Below, piece by piece: positions 9,170 to 18,548 of a stretch of 33,098 nucleotides of DNA. Positions within the stretch are counted from its first letter, which is position 1; every line of letters starts with the position of its first letter. Below the pieces are notes generated by a model, which searched no databases, had not been told where the DNA came from, and saw only the letters and a list, made by a program, of their open reading frames with translations. The position numbers and the translations under genes were made by a program. The stretch spans positions 238,915 through 272,012 of the forward strand of contig JBMORP010000002.1 of the NCBI GenBank assembly GCA_049322655.1, written 5' to 3'. This DNA comes from Patescibacteria group bacterium (GTDB lineage: Bacteria; Patescibacteriota; Microgenomatia; UBA1400; PJMF01).

Positions 9170-9574
9170 TTTTCACTTTTTAAAACTGAAAAGAGTACGA
9201 AAAAGATCAGCTTCCATTACCTATTGTATCAATAGTCTATGGTTTTCCCAATCTAAGTTTTAAGAAAAGTGTCATACTTTTTCATACTTCGTCTTTTATT
9301 CGTATCTTCATTTTTTGAAATTCAATAAACCCGAATTTTTTTATTGAAAAAAACACGAAGTCACTATTGGCTGACTGTTAACTTAACTAATTTTTTATTG
9401 GTTTTGAGTAGCTTTTTTTTTGAGAAAATTTATTTAAAAAACCAATTAATAGTATAAATAAATAAAAAGTATCCAGAATCAACGCACCCGAATGATTTTC
9501 GTTGGTGCTAACCACTCTATTCAACCAACTTTCAGTTAATAGCCTTATCTCCTCTGACTAGGTATAATAAAAGC

Positions 9575-11002
9575 ATGCCAACCGAGAAAACTCTCGAATC
9601 ATTAAGAAAACAACACCCCCGCTTCATCTACCAAAGCTTTGACTGGCAATTTAGTAACCAGACATTGACTATTTCTTTTGATTTTTTGTTGGAACCAACC
9701 ATTAATTTTCAACCCCAAATCACCATCACCAACCTAGATAAAAAAACCTTTGCCAATATACCTCAAGAAATCATTAGCCACTGGGTTTTTAATATGGGGA
9801 TGATTGAGCTCTTCAGCTATTGGAAAGTAGCAGCCTCACCAGAAATAGTTATTCAGCCACTGCCACTCTCTCCAGAGCAACTCTCTTGGTGGCAAGAATT
9901 ACTGCTTGATGGCATGGGTGAATACTTTTACACCAATAACATTGATTTCACTCAACCAAACTTCGTTAAATTTACTAATCAAAAAACTCTTACTCCCCAA
10001 CAACTACCCAGCTTTTCTTTTCAAGCAAAAAATAAAGCTCTTGTCCCAGTAGGTGGAGGAAAAGATTCTGCTTTAGTCATAAATTTACTCAGCAAATATA
10101 AGCTTCCCTACGAAATACTACTCAGCTATCCTCAATCACCGGCTGCCCATAAAATAGCCAGTGAAACTCAAGTTAAAATTATTGAAATCAAAAGAACTTT
10201 TGCTCCAGAACTCTTGGAACTCAACAAACAAGGATACTTAAATGGACACACTCCCTTCAGTGCCAGATTGGCTTTTGAAAGTAGCTTGGTTGCATTACTA
10301 AGTGGTCATAAAAATATTTTATTGGCCAATGAATTCTCGGCCAATGAGGGTAATGTGCCCTACTTGGGAACGATGGTAAATCATCAATACTCCAAATCAT
10401 TTGCTTTTGAAAACAAATTCAGAGCTTATGTAACAAAATACCTGGGTTCAGCTCCAGAATATCTGTCACTCCTCAGACCACTCACTGAACTACAAATAGC
10501 AGCTCTTTTCTCCAGAAACCAACAATTTCATTCTGTTTTTCGTAGCTGTAACAGAGGTCAACAACAAAATCGTTGGTGTGGCGAATGCCCTAAATGTCTG
10601 TTTGTTTTCACTGTTCTTTACCCATTTATCGATGAACAAAAATTAATTAATGAAATCTTTTCAGAAAACTTGTTTGAAAAGCCAGCTATGAACAAAACCG
10701 CCCAAGAACTAATGGGCCTTGATGCTAACAAACCATTTGAGTGTGTTGGTACTCATGAGGAAACCCAGGCTGCCTTTTATTTAAGCATTAAAAAATGGCA
10801 AAAAAATCACCCCAATAAACCCCTGCCATTGGTTTTAGAAAAAATTAATAATGAAATCTTGGATCAAGTCCCAAACTTGGCACAAACCAGCAAAATGTTG
10901 CTGTGTTTTTGGAATGAACAACACAACTTGGATGCCAATTTAATTGAGTTGCTACAACAAGAAGCTCAACAAATTTGTCAAGCTAAAAATAGCTATTTTT
11001 GA
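9575..11002 (+). CDS. murL: UDP-MurNAc-L-Ala-L-Glu epimerase (MurL)
   Basis: VPVGGGKDS, NGHTPFSA, VNHQYSKS, SCN, WCGECPKC and KPFECVG; abuts a MurD-type ligase. Confidence 0.85.
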   Translation: MPTEKTLESLRKQHPRFIYQSFDWQFSNQTLTISFDFLLEPTINFQPQITITNLDKKTFANIPQEIISHWVFNMGMIELFSYWKVAASPEIVIQPLPLSPEQLSWWQELLLDGMGEYFYTNNIDFTQPNFVKFTNQKTLTPQQLPSFSFQAKNKALVPVGGGKDSALVINLLSKYKLPYEILLSYPQSPAAHKIASETQVKIIEIKRTFAPELLELNKQGYLNGHTPFSARLAFESSLVALLSGHKNILLANEFSANEGNVPYLGTMVNHQYSKSFAFENKFRAYVTKYLGSAPEYLSLLRPLTELQIAALFSRNQQFHSVFRSCNRGQQQNRWCGECPKCLFVFTVLYPFIDEQKLINEIFSENLFEKPAMNKTAQELMGLDANKPFECVGTHEETQAAFYLSIKKWQKNHPNKPLPLVLEKINNEILDQVPNLAQTSKMLLCFWNEQHNLDANLIELLQQEAQQICQAKNSYF

Positions 11003-11010
11003 AAGAAACT

Positions 11011-12435
11011 ATGATTGATCAACAACAAGTTTTGGCTAACTTAGAAAAAAACTCGATTCTGATTCTGGGAATGGGACGAGAAGGTTGGTCAACTTACTAC
11101 TTTTTGAGAACCAAGTTTCCCAATAAAAAACTAGCCGTGGCAGACAAACAACCCCTAGAAAAATTTGCTGAAGATCAACAACAGCTACTAAAAGATGATC
11201 CTCACCTTGAGTACTACTTTGGTGACAACCATTTAACTAACCTAAAAAATTATCAGCTAATCTTTAAAAGCCCTGGGATTCCTCAAACTATCCCAGCAAT
11301 CGATCAAGCCAAACAAAGCGGTTCTCAGCTTACTTCTAACACACAGCTTTTTTTTGCACTCTGTCCAGGGATAACAATTGGTGTAACTGGAACCAAAGGT
11401 AAAAGTACTACCTCGGCTATAATTCACCATGTTCTGAAAAGTAATGATTTAGCTAGTCACTTGGTTGGCAACATTGGTCAGCCTGCTTTAACTATTTTAG
11501 AAAAAATTAATGCTGATTCACTAGTTGTTTGTGAACTATCTAGCCACCAGCTTGAAACCATGACTATTAGCCCTCATATTGCGGTAGTTCAAGATGTTAC
11601 TAGTGAACATTTGGATTATTACCAAGATACTGCTAGTTACCAACAAGCCAAAACACCTATCTGTAAATACCAAACCAAAGATGATTTTGTCATTTTTAAC
11701 CCCCAAATGTTGGGCGCTACTAAGATTACCCAATTCAGTGCTGGTCAGCACCTTCGTTTTTCGACCCAAGAAGGACCAGATGCCATTGTTTTCGTTAGAA
11801 ATAAGCAAATTCTACGCAAGGATAACCAGCAAAGAACTGAGCTGATTTTAGAAACAAATAAACTGCCACTCAAAGGTGAACATAATCTGCTAAATGTCAT
11901 GCCTGCTGTAGTGGTTGGGACACTGTTTAATCTATCAGCAGCACAAATCGGCCAAGCTTTACAAAACTTTAAAGCTCTTCCTCATCGCTTAGAGTTTTTT
12001 TATGAACGAAAAGGAATTCGTTATTATGATGATTCTCTATCTACGATGCCTGCTGCAGCTATGAGAGCTTTAGATAGCTTTTCCGAACCAATTGTTTTAT
12101 TGGCTGGTGGCTATGAACGTCAGCAAGATTTCTCCGACTTAGCCAAAAAGATCCTAGAGAAAAAAGTAGTTGGTTTGGTTCTTTTTGAACCAACTGGCAA
12201 AAGGCTGGCAGCTGAAATTGATAACTTAGTCAGCAACAATAAGCCCATCGTTGAGTTTGCTTCACAAATGAAAGAGGCCGTGAGCAAGGCCCAACAAATA
12301 ATTACTGAATATTTTGAAAAATCTGGAGAAAATCAAGGAATAATTTTACTCAGCCCAGCTAGTGCTAGTTTTGGTGCTTTTAAAGATTATCAAGACAGAG
12401 GTGAACAATTCAAAAAAGCAGTAAAAACTGATTAG
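11011..12435 (+). CDS. murD: MurD-family ligase, probably L-Glu-adding MurD2
   Basis: KSPGIP, GVTGTKGKSTT, GNIG, ELSSHQL, HLDY, PHRLE, LLSPASASF, RGEQF. Start is ATG 11011 or TTG 10999 overlapping the murL stop. Confidence 0.93.
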   Translation: MIDQQQVLANLEKNSILILGMGREGWSTYYFLRTKFPNKKLAVADKQPLEKFAEDQQQLLKDDPHLEYYFGDNHLTNLKNYQLIFKSPGIPQTIPAIDQAKQSGSQLTSNTQLFFALCPGITIGVTGTKGKSTTSAIIHHVLKSNDLASHLVGNIGQPALTILEKINADSLVVCELSSHQLETMTISPHIAVVQDVTSEHLDYYQDTASYQQAKTPICKYQTKDDFVIFNPQMLGATKITQFSAGQHLRFSTQEGPDAIVFVRNKQILRKDNQQRTELILETNKLPLKGEHNLLNVMPAVVVGTLFNLSAAQIGQALQNFKALPHRLEFFYERKGIRYYDDSLSTMPAAAMRALDSFSEPIVLLAGGYERQQDFSDLAKKILEKKVVGLVLFEPTGKRLAAEIDNLVSNNKPIVEFASQMKEAVSKAQQIITEYFEKSGENQGIILLSPASASFGAFKDYQDRGEQFKKAVKTD

Positions 12436-12752
12436 TTTTTAGTTGTTTCGTCAGCTGTTCTTTTTTCTGCCTGCATTTCTATTATTATTGCCATAATGTC
12501 AAAAAACATGTCTTGACCTGTTTTGGCTTTCTTATCTGCAAGCAAATTAATAATCTTCACGATTCTGTCTTTGTCAGCTGGAGCCAAACCATCACTTACT
12601 TCAATGGCATCTAAAACATCCCCATCAATATCACCTTCTTTAGGCTCTCTTTCTTCATTCACATTGATCTCACCTTCTATACCAACAAGTTGAGGATTGG
12701 CCACAATTTCATCAGTTAACTCAGCGAGTAAATGCTTGGAGGCTTCTGCCAT
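12432..12752 (-). CDS. Hypothetical acidic protein
   Basis: 106-aa ORF with SD-like AAGG, in tandem with its upstream neighbour. Confidence 0.65.
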   Translation of the reverse strand: MAEASKHLLAELTDEIVANPQLVGIEGEINVNEEREPKEGDIDGDVLDAIEVSDGLAPADKDRIVKIINLLADKKAKTGQDMFFDIMAIIIEMQAEKRTADETTKN

Positions 12753-12763
12753 AAAAAACCTTT

Positions 12764-13087
12764 CTATTTATTGGTTGGTGGTAAGCCTTCTAATCTAATA
12801 TCTTCAGCACTAGGTATTGGTGGTTTGGCAGCTTGTTGTTCAAATCCGCCTGCTGAAGCCACCAAACTTCTTAGTAATTCAATTGCTGGAATATTTTTTT
12901 CAGCTGCCAAATGATTGACTCGATCAACTAGAACACTAACCCATGATTCATCTTCTGGAGTGATTTTAACCTCTTCTCTCAACATTGACTCATCAATTTG
13001 TCCTATTTCCACTTTTTCATACTGCTTGGCCAAATCAACAGCCCTACTAAAAGCCTCCAATCCTGGTTTTTTCATTTGGTCAGCCAT
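12764..13087 (-). CDS. Hypothetical protein
   Basis: 107-aa ORF with a strong SD (AAGGAG). Confidence 0.7.
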   Translation of the reverse strand: MADQMKKPGLEAFSRAVDLAKQYEKVEIGQIDESMLREEVKITPEDESWVSVLVDRVNHLAAEKNIPAIELLRSLVASAGGFEQQAAKPPIPSAEDIRLEGLPPTNK

Positions 13088-13162
13088 ATTTTCTCCTTTA
13101 CACTAATTAATTTTAATTAAAAGACACCTTCAGCTTCTCAAAAATCTACCCAGTTGTAAAGC

Positions 13163-14188
13163 TTAAGCTTCACCTCGATACCCAAGACTTCGCCTAAAAT
13201 CACCCAAATGATCTATAATTGTGCCCATTCCCCTGATGACTGCTTTTTCTGGTTCATCCACTACCGAAACAGGAATCCCTAATTTCGGAACTAAATATGA
13301 ATCTAAACCAGTTAATAAAGCTCCACCACCAGCAAGCAACAAACCTTTATCAACAATATCCACCGTTAGTTCTGCTGGGATTTTGCTAAGCAGTTTTTTC
13401 ACTTGTTTAACTAGACTTTGCATTCGCTCTTCAGCAAAAGGTAACAACTGCTTGGCACTCAACTGAAGCTCTTTAGGAGCAGTCGTTTTCTCATCCTTAC
13501 CGGTAACCAAAATTGTCCCAGGATGAACTTCATCGACACTAACTAAATCGTGAATTAGCTTTCTAGCCGTCTCACGACTAAGTAAAACTTGCTTTTCTTT
13601 TTGCAAATAAACCTGAAGAGCTTGTTCAAAATCATCACCAGCTTCATATGATTTTTCAAAATCAACTAGAGTTCCTAATGAAACCACAGCTACTTCATTA
13701 ATTCCTGCCCCCAATTGAAAAATAAAACCACCAGATGAATCTGCCACCGGCATCCCTGCACCAATGGCAGCGGCCAATGGTTGAGCGACAGTCAAAACCT
13801 CCTTGGCACCCAGTGAGTAACCCAATTTAATTGTTTCCTCTTCAACAGCAGTACTGAGGCTAGCTGGAATACTAAACAAAATCGTTGGACTAAAAAAACT
13901 CTTTTTTAAAACATCTTTAAGGACTACTTTTAAAAAGGCTAAGGCGGTTTTTTCATCCCAAACTTGCCCTTTCTGAAAAGGTCTGAGTAATGAAACATTG
14001 GCAGCCACCCTGCCTCTCATTTCATAAGCATCTTGACCACTAGCTAGAATTCTTTTTGACCTAGAATCAATCGCTAAATAGCTAGGGTACTCCCCCACCA
14101 AACCAACTCCTTTTTCCCACACTCGTACAGCATCAGAGCCTAAATCTACAGCCAAAGTGGTACTTAATTTGTCCAGATATTGCAACAT
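13163..14188 (-). CDS. mreB: Divergent MreB/Mbl-like actin-family protein
   Basis: AVDLGS, PLAAAIGAG, AGDDF, PAELTVDIVDKGLLLAGGGALL, AVIRG. Confidence 0.85.
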   Translation of the reverse strand: MLQYLDKLSTTLAVDLGSDAVRVWEKGVGLVGEYPSYLAIDSRSKRILASGQDAYEMRGRVAANVSLLRPFQKGQVWDEKTALAFLKVVLKDVLKKSFFSPTILFSIPASLSTAVEEETIKLGYSLGAKEVLTVAQPLAAAIGAGMPVADSSGGFIFQLGAGINEVAVVSLGTLVDFEKSYEAGDDFEQALQVYLQKEKQVLLSRETARKLIHDLVSVDEVHPGTILVTGKDEKTTAPKELQLSAKQLLPFAEERMQSLVKQVKKLLSKIPAELTVDIVDKGLLLAGGGALLTGLDSYLVPKLGIPVSVVDEPEKAVIRGMGTIIDHLGDFRRSLGYRGEA

Positions 14189-14236
14189 CGCTACTGTTAT
14201 AATAACGTCTATTGCTTAGAAGAACAATCAAATCAT

Positions 14237-15604
14237 ATGTCTCGTTCCATCGTTCCCAAAAACCTCTTTACTAATGTCAACCTCGGCATTATCTATACCC
14301 TAGTGTCAGCTGTGGTGATTTTGCTGGGAACCACAATTGCTATTCAATATGCCAAAGGTGGTTTCCGTTTTACTCAAAAAGGCTTCTCTCCAGAAACTGG
14401 ACTCCTTAACGCCAACTCTTTTCCCACTGGGGCCGAGGTTTATATCGACGGTGAACTAGCTACTGCCACTGATAATACTTTGTATTTGAAACCAGGTGAG
14501 TATCTCGTTGAGATTAGAAAAGAAGGCTTTTCCCCATGGAAAAAACAACTTAAAGTTCAGGAAGAACTAGTCAGCCAAACCAATGCTCAACTCTTTCCTG
14601 TCGCTCCTAGTTTTTCACCACTAACCTTAACCGGTGTTACCACCCTGTCTACTTCTCCTGACGGACAAAAAGTTCTTTTTTATACTGATACTGCTCAAAC
14701 CACAGAAAAAAATGGGCTCTACCTACTAGAATTAACAAACAACTTTATTCCTCTGCAAAGAACTCCCAAACAAATTGCGATTGATAGTAACAATCTAAAC
14801 TTGAAAAACGCCAGTTATATTTGGTCACCTGATAGTACTGAATTGATGATCCTTGATAAAGAAAAACATCTTTTAATAAATATCGAAGATAAAATTAATT
14901 TAGAAGCTGAGCCTGATATTACTTGGAAAGAGAAACAAATTCTATCCCAATGGGAAGCAGAAATCTACCAAAAAGAACGGGAATTTCTCAAAAAGTTTCC
15001 TGAAGAGATCATTGAAATAGCCACTACCTCTGCCAAAAATGTTTATCTTTCTCCAGATAAAAAGAGAATGCTTTATACTGCCACAGCAGAACTAACTTTG
15101 TCTGAAGATATCATCCCTCCAATTCCTGCTAGCAACACCCAACCAGAACAACGCTCTTTAGTCAGTGGTGGCATCTATGTTTACGATCGAGAAGAAGATA
15201 AAAATTTTCAAATCGGTGTAGAAACCGGTGATCCAGCTACTGTCTCAAAAATCTTACTCTCAACAGATTTATTTGGTGCAGCCAAGTCACTTGAAACCTC
15301 ACCTAGTGCCTTTACTAATTTACAAGCTACCAACTCAGCTGAAACAGCCAAGTTGTTTCAGGCTTACCACACGTCTCTACCAATCAACACTCTCCAATGG
15401 TTCCCTGATTCAAAACACATCTTGTTTGCTAAAGACCAACAAATTCATATTATGGAATATGATGGTACCAATAATACTGTTGTTTATAGCGGACCATTCC
15501 AAGAAAACTTTGTTTACCCATGGCCAGATGGTAGTAAAATCTTGATTTTGACTTCTTTTAGTCCAGATTCACCAATGAATCTGTATGCTGTAGAACTGAA
15601 ATAG
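14237..15604 (+). CDS. Membrane-anchored PEGA-domain protein with TolB-like beta-propeller repeats
   Basis: N-terminal TM; SFPTGAEVYIDG...LKPGEYLVEIRKEGF (PEGA); SPDG/WSPDS/WFPDS/WPDGS repeats; ATG at 14237. Confidence 0.85.
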   Translation: MSRSIVPKNLFTNVNLGIIYTLVSAVVILLGTTIAIQYAKGGFRFTQKGFSPETGLLNANSFPTGAEVYIDGELATATDNTLYLKPGEYLVEIRKEGFSPWKKQLKVQEELVSQTNAQLFPVAPSFSPLTLTGVTTLSTSPDGQKVLFYTDTAQTTEKNGLYLLELTNNFIPLQRTPKQIAIDSNNLNLKNASYIWSPDSTELMILDKEKHLLINIEDKINLEAEPDITWKEKQILSQWEAEIYQKEREFLKKFPEEIIEIATTSAKNVYLSPDKKRMLYTATAELTLSEDIIPPIPASNTQPEQRSLVSGGIYVYDREEDKNFQIGVETGDPATVSKILLSTDLFGAAKSLETSPSAFTNLQATNSAETAKLFQAYHTSLPINTLQWFPDSKHILFAKDQQIHIMEYDGTNNTVVYSGPFQENFVYPWPDGSKILILTSFSPDSPMNLYAVELK

Positions 15605-15624
15605 TCTTGAAATAAAACAATCAC

Positions 15625-15696
15625 CGGGGAGTAGTTCATCGGTAGAATGCTCGATTCGGGTTCGAGCGGCAGAGGGTTCAATTCCCTCCTCCCCGA
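15625..15696 (+). tRNA. tRNA-Pro(CGG), CCA not encoded
   Basis: Acceptor CGGGGAG/CTCCCCG, anticodon arm CTCGA-TTCGGGT-TCGAG, T arm GAGGG-TTCAATT-CCCTC. Confidence 0.93.
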
Positions 15697-15699
15697 CAA

Positions 15700-16311
15700 C
15701 TACGATTTTACCTGATCTCTAACTGACACCAAAAAATTAGCTAACTGTTTGAAAACCCCAACTTCGGCAGCTGACTTAAAACCATGTTCTTCTGCCTCCA
15801 AAAACTGTTGTTGAATTTTCCGATAATCTACTACCCATTCCTTGACCGGCTGTTCAAACATTAAAAATGGATAAGAAATTGCTGCCATTTTGAGCAAATT
15901 TAAAAAATCTATTCCTGAGTTAAGACTTACATCCCATTTAAGCCAGCTAAACAAGTCTTTTAATAAAGAAACATCGTTTTCATTCATCAATAGTGGACCA
16001 ACTCTATTAAGAAAATCAGCATTACCATAAATCAACTGACTGGCTAATGAATTAAGCATCATTCTTGGTTCACTGTCATAAGTCCGACCGTAGTGTTCTT
16101 CCAGGTAAGCTCTAATTTTTTTATCTTTGATTAACTCCCCCCAAACTGCATAACTACTCAATTCAGGATCGGCAATCAACAGTTGTTCAGTCAAAGAAAT
16201 TAATTCTGTTAGTAATGGTAAAAGATGATGCTCAATATAACCATTTTCGGCTTCAATTGTGTTGGTTGCTCTAATAACGCCAGTCAAAAACTCTTTGTTT
16301 AAAACACTCAT
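15700..16311 (-). CDS. Hypothetical protein
   Basis: 203-aa ORF with ATG start; no motif recognised. Confidence 0.7.
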   Translation of the reverse strand: MSVLNKEFLTGVIRATNTIEAENGYIEHHLLPLLTELISLTEQLLIADPELSSYAVWGELIKDKKIRAYLEEHYGRTYDSEPRMMLNSLASQLIYGNADFLNRVGPLLMNENDVSLLKDLFSWLKWDVSLNSGIDFLNLLKMAAISYPFLMFEQPVKEWVVDYRKIQQQFLEAEEHGFKSAAEVGVFKQLANFLVSVRDQVKS

Positions 16312-16358
16312 AAAAAAATTTGTTAAGATACTAACTAAAACTAAGGTTATTTTAAACT

Positions 16359-16652
16359 ATGTCTACCATTCCACCACGCACCATTATTAGTAATTTTAGC
16401 AAACCAGGACCGACAAAAACGGCCAATCAATCTCGGTTGCAACAACTAACCAACCGACATCAGCATCACCTCCAAAACAATACTAAAAAAACTCAAAAAG
16501 ATCTTAACCAACTAACTGAACGAAAACAACGAATTGACCGCACTATTCCCATTACCAAACAACCACTCCAAACTCACCTCAAAGGCGTGAGTAATTATCT
16601 TGGCCAACAGGCTAATAACCTCAGAGCCAAAGTTAATGGCAAAAGTAACTAA
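16359..16652 (+). CDS. Hypothetical basic Gln/Asn-rich protein
   Basis: 97-aa ORF followed by a terminator. Confidence 0.5.
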   Translation: MSTIPPRTIISNFSKPGPTKTANQSRLQQLTNRHQHHLQNNTKKTQKDLNQLTERKQRIDRTIPITKQPLQTHLKGVSNYLGQQANNLRAKVNGKSN

Positions 16653-16653
16653 C

Positions 16654-16686
16654 AAAAATCCCACCACTAAGGGTGGGATTTATTTT
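16654..16686. terminator. Bidirectional terminator
   Basis: AAATCCCACC-6 nt-GGTGGGATTT with A/T flanks between convergent genes. Confidence 0.8.
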
Positions 16687-16700
16687 CTATTTCAGTGAAA

Positions 16701-17408
16701 CTAATTACCAACAATCACCACTACTTCAGCGTCAGAGGGAGCCTCTCCTGTTGGCAGTTCAGTTGTTAATTGAACACCTAGATTAGCAGCAAAAATTTGA
16801 GCTTGTTGTAATCTAGTCTCATCATTAGTCAAAGCCACAATCACTGGTCCTTGATAGTCTTGATTGGCTGCGGCCACAACATTGCTCACATTGACTACTT
16901 TTCCTAATTGTTCAATCAAAACATCTACTCTTTCTTGGCTGGCTCCACCAGTGCGAATCTCAACATTAAGCGGGTTCTCAGTATCCAACTGCAAAGCATT
17001 ATTACCCTGAACTGAGATTGTCCCAACATTGACAATGATGTTTTTATCTGGTGAATAAATAATACTTTTGCCAGATTGAACATAGATAATGACTTTATCA
17101 CCATCAGTAGCTTTACGGAAAAATGGTTGATATTGAGCCAATACTTCGGCATCTGTCACGGTTGCAATCGTTGGTTCTTCATCTTCTGGAAGGATCATTA
17201 ATTTACCAACTTTTGCCAAGACTTCTTCTCTTTCTTTGGCAATTGCTTCTTGTTGAGCTTCAGGATTTGAGAGTTTATCTACTTGTGTTTTAGTTTGTTG
17301 GTATTTAAGAAAAGACCAACCAGCAAAACCCATTAAACCCAATACAACCACAACCCTGAGAATTGTCTTGAGACTTATTTTTTTCTTATTGGTAGTGGTT
17401 TCTTCCAT
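16701..17408 (-). CDS. Single-TM membrane protein with LytR C-terminal-like domain
   Basis: N-terminal TM; EEPTIATVTD..QPFF..GDKVIIY; C-terminal LNVEIRTG...AEVVVIVG resembles LytR_C. Confidence 0.75.
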   Translation of the reverse strand: MEETTTNKKKISLKTILRVVVVLGLMGFAGWSFLKYQQTKTQVDKLSNPEAQQEAIAKEREEVLAKVGKLMILPEDEEPTIATVTDAEVLAQYQPFFRKATDGDKVIIYVQSGKSIIYSPDKNIIVNVGTISVQGNNALQLDTENPLNVEIRTGGASQERVDVLIEQLGKVVNVSNVVAAANQDYQGPVIVALTNDETRLQQAQIFAANLGVQLTTELPTGEAPSDAEVVVIVGN

Positions 17409-17521
17409 CTTATTCCTTTTCCTTAGCCAAGGAGCTAGTTGGTACTTAATTCAGTATAAGGAGTTTTGATCCAGAAACAAGAGGAAATAGTCGATAAGTC
17501 TTGGTACAATACATCAGTTAA

Positions 17522-17593
17522 GCCCCTATAGTTAAACGGATAGAACAGTTGCCTCCTAAGCGACAGATCCAGGTTCAATTCCCGGTGGGGGCA
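17522..17593 (+). tRNA. tRNA-Arg(CCT), CCA not encoded
   Basis: Acceptor GCCCCTA/TGGGGGC, anticodon arm GTTGC-CTCCTAA-GCGAC, T loop TTCAATT; TGgTACAAT at 17502-17510. Confidence 0.92.
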
Positions 17594-17596
17594 CAA

Positions 17597-17632
17597 AACA
17601 TAAATACTCTCGTTAGAGAGTGTTTTTGTTTT
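17597..17632 (+). terminator. Terminator after tRNA-Arg
   Basis: ATACTCTC-GTTA-GAGAGTGT followed by a T-tract. Confidence 0.75.
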
Positions 17633-17647
17633 CTGATCCTATCAATT

Positions 17648-17768
17648 GGAATTTAAGCTAGCTGAACAACGTGAAGCTGGGTCACCGGCGAGAAGCTGAA
17701 GCGCAAGCACAAGCTACCCAACTAATACAGCGAGTGAGCAACGCGAGTAAATCGTGAAATCCCGGTGA
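17648..17768. repeat. Structured palindromic element carrying tRNA-Arg 3'-end-like pieces
   Basis: TCACCGG (17682-88)/CCGGTGA (17762-68) inverted repeat with internal hairpins; the ends resemble the tRNA T-arm. Confidence 0.45.
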
Positions 17769-17847
17769 AGAAAAAAATAAATAAAAAGAGCTAGTTTAAA
17801 TTAGTGATATAATTTGATGGTTTTCTATAAATTATAAAAAGGCACAT

Positions 17848-18012
17848 ATGATAAACCCAGAACTTTCAAGAAGTTTAAGATTTCGCCAAGACCCTGAAGA
17901 AACCCCTACTTCTGATATGACCCCAGAGGAGCTAGTGGAAGCAGGAGAGACAGAGGGAACCTATATTTCTACTAATGATGAAGGTCAACAAGTAGTTGTT
18001 TGGCCAAAGTAA
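17848..18012 (+). CDS. Small acidic hypothetical protein (54 aa), absent from the ORF track
   Basis: MINPELSRSLRFRQDPEETP...VVVWPK; SD AAAAGG, TGaTATAAT at 17805-17813, terminator downstream. Confidence 0.65.
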   Translation: MINPELSRSLRFRQDPEETPTSDMTPEELVEAGETEGTYISTNDEGQQVVVWPK

Positions 18013-18034
18013 GATTAGTTGTGAAATGGAAACA

Positions 18035-18060
18035 AAAAGCCGGCTAACCAGCCGGCTTTT
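18035..18060. terminator. Bidirectional terminator
   Basis: AAAAGCCGGCT-AACC-AGCCGGCTTTT between the small ORF and ndk. Confidence 0.9.
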
Positions 18061-18077
18061 CAGTTTACAATAACCAT

Positions 18078-18548
18078 TTATTTTAGCTCATACTCAGCGT
18101 AGATTACTCCATCCATCGCTCCGTGATACTCAATCAATTCATCGTCAGCAAAAACAATGCCAATTTCTCTTTTAGCATCACTTTCACTAGATGAAGCATG
18201 AATCAAGTTATATTGCTGACTCATTCCAAAATCTCCTCTGATAGATCCAGCTTCAGCTTCTCTACCCAAAGTGGTACCAACGAGCTTACGAACTACTGGA
18301 ATCACATCAACACCCTCCCAAACCATCGCCACAATCGGCATTGATCCCATAAAACTCTTCAACTCACCAAAAAATGATTTATCTCTATGCTCGACATACC
18401 ATTCCGACAGCATTTCATCGGTCATGTTTAACATCTTTAAACCAACCAACTTAAGGCCTTTTCTTTCAAAGCGACTAATGATTTCGCCGATTAGCCCTCT
18501 TTGTAGGCCATCTGGTTTAACTAAAACGGCTGTTCTTGAACTTGCCAT
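18078..18548 (-). CDS. ndk: Nucleoside-diphosphate kinase
   Basis: VKPDGLQRGLIGEIISRFE, GSIRGDFG, NLIHAS. Confidence 0.97.
   Translation of the reverse strand: MASSRTAVLVKPDGLQRGLIGEIISRFERKGLKLVGLKMLNMTDEMLSEWYVEHRDKSFFGELKSFMGSMPIVAMVWEGVDVIPVVRKLVGTTLGREAEAGSIRGDFGMSQQYNLIHASSSESDAKREIGIVFADDELIEYHGAMDGVIYAEYELK

Noticed and set aside
12432-13087. The two small genes as paralogues or a toxin-antitoxin pair
   Set aside because: Similarity is too weak to support by eye, and no toxin motif was recognised.
15514-15699. 61-aa minus-strand ORF
   Set aside because: It is the antisense reading of tRNA-Pro and the end of the PEGA gene.
15625-17593. Genomic island between the two tRNAs
   Set aside because: No integrase and no tRNA-Pro 3' duplication; the contents include an ordinary-looking membrane protein.
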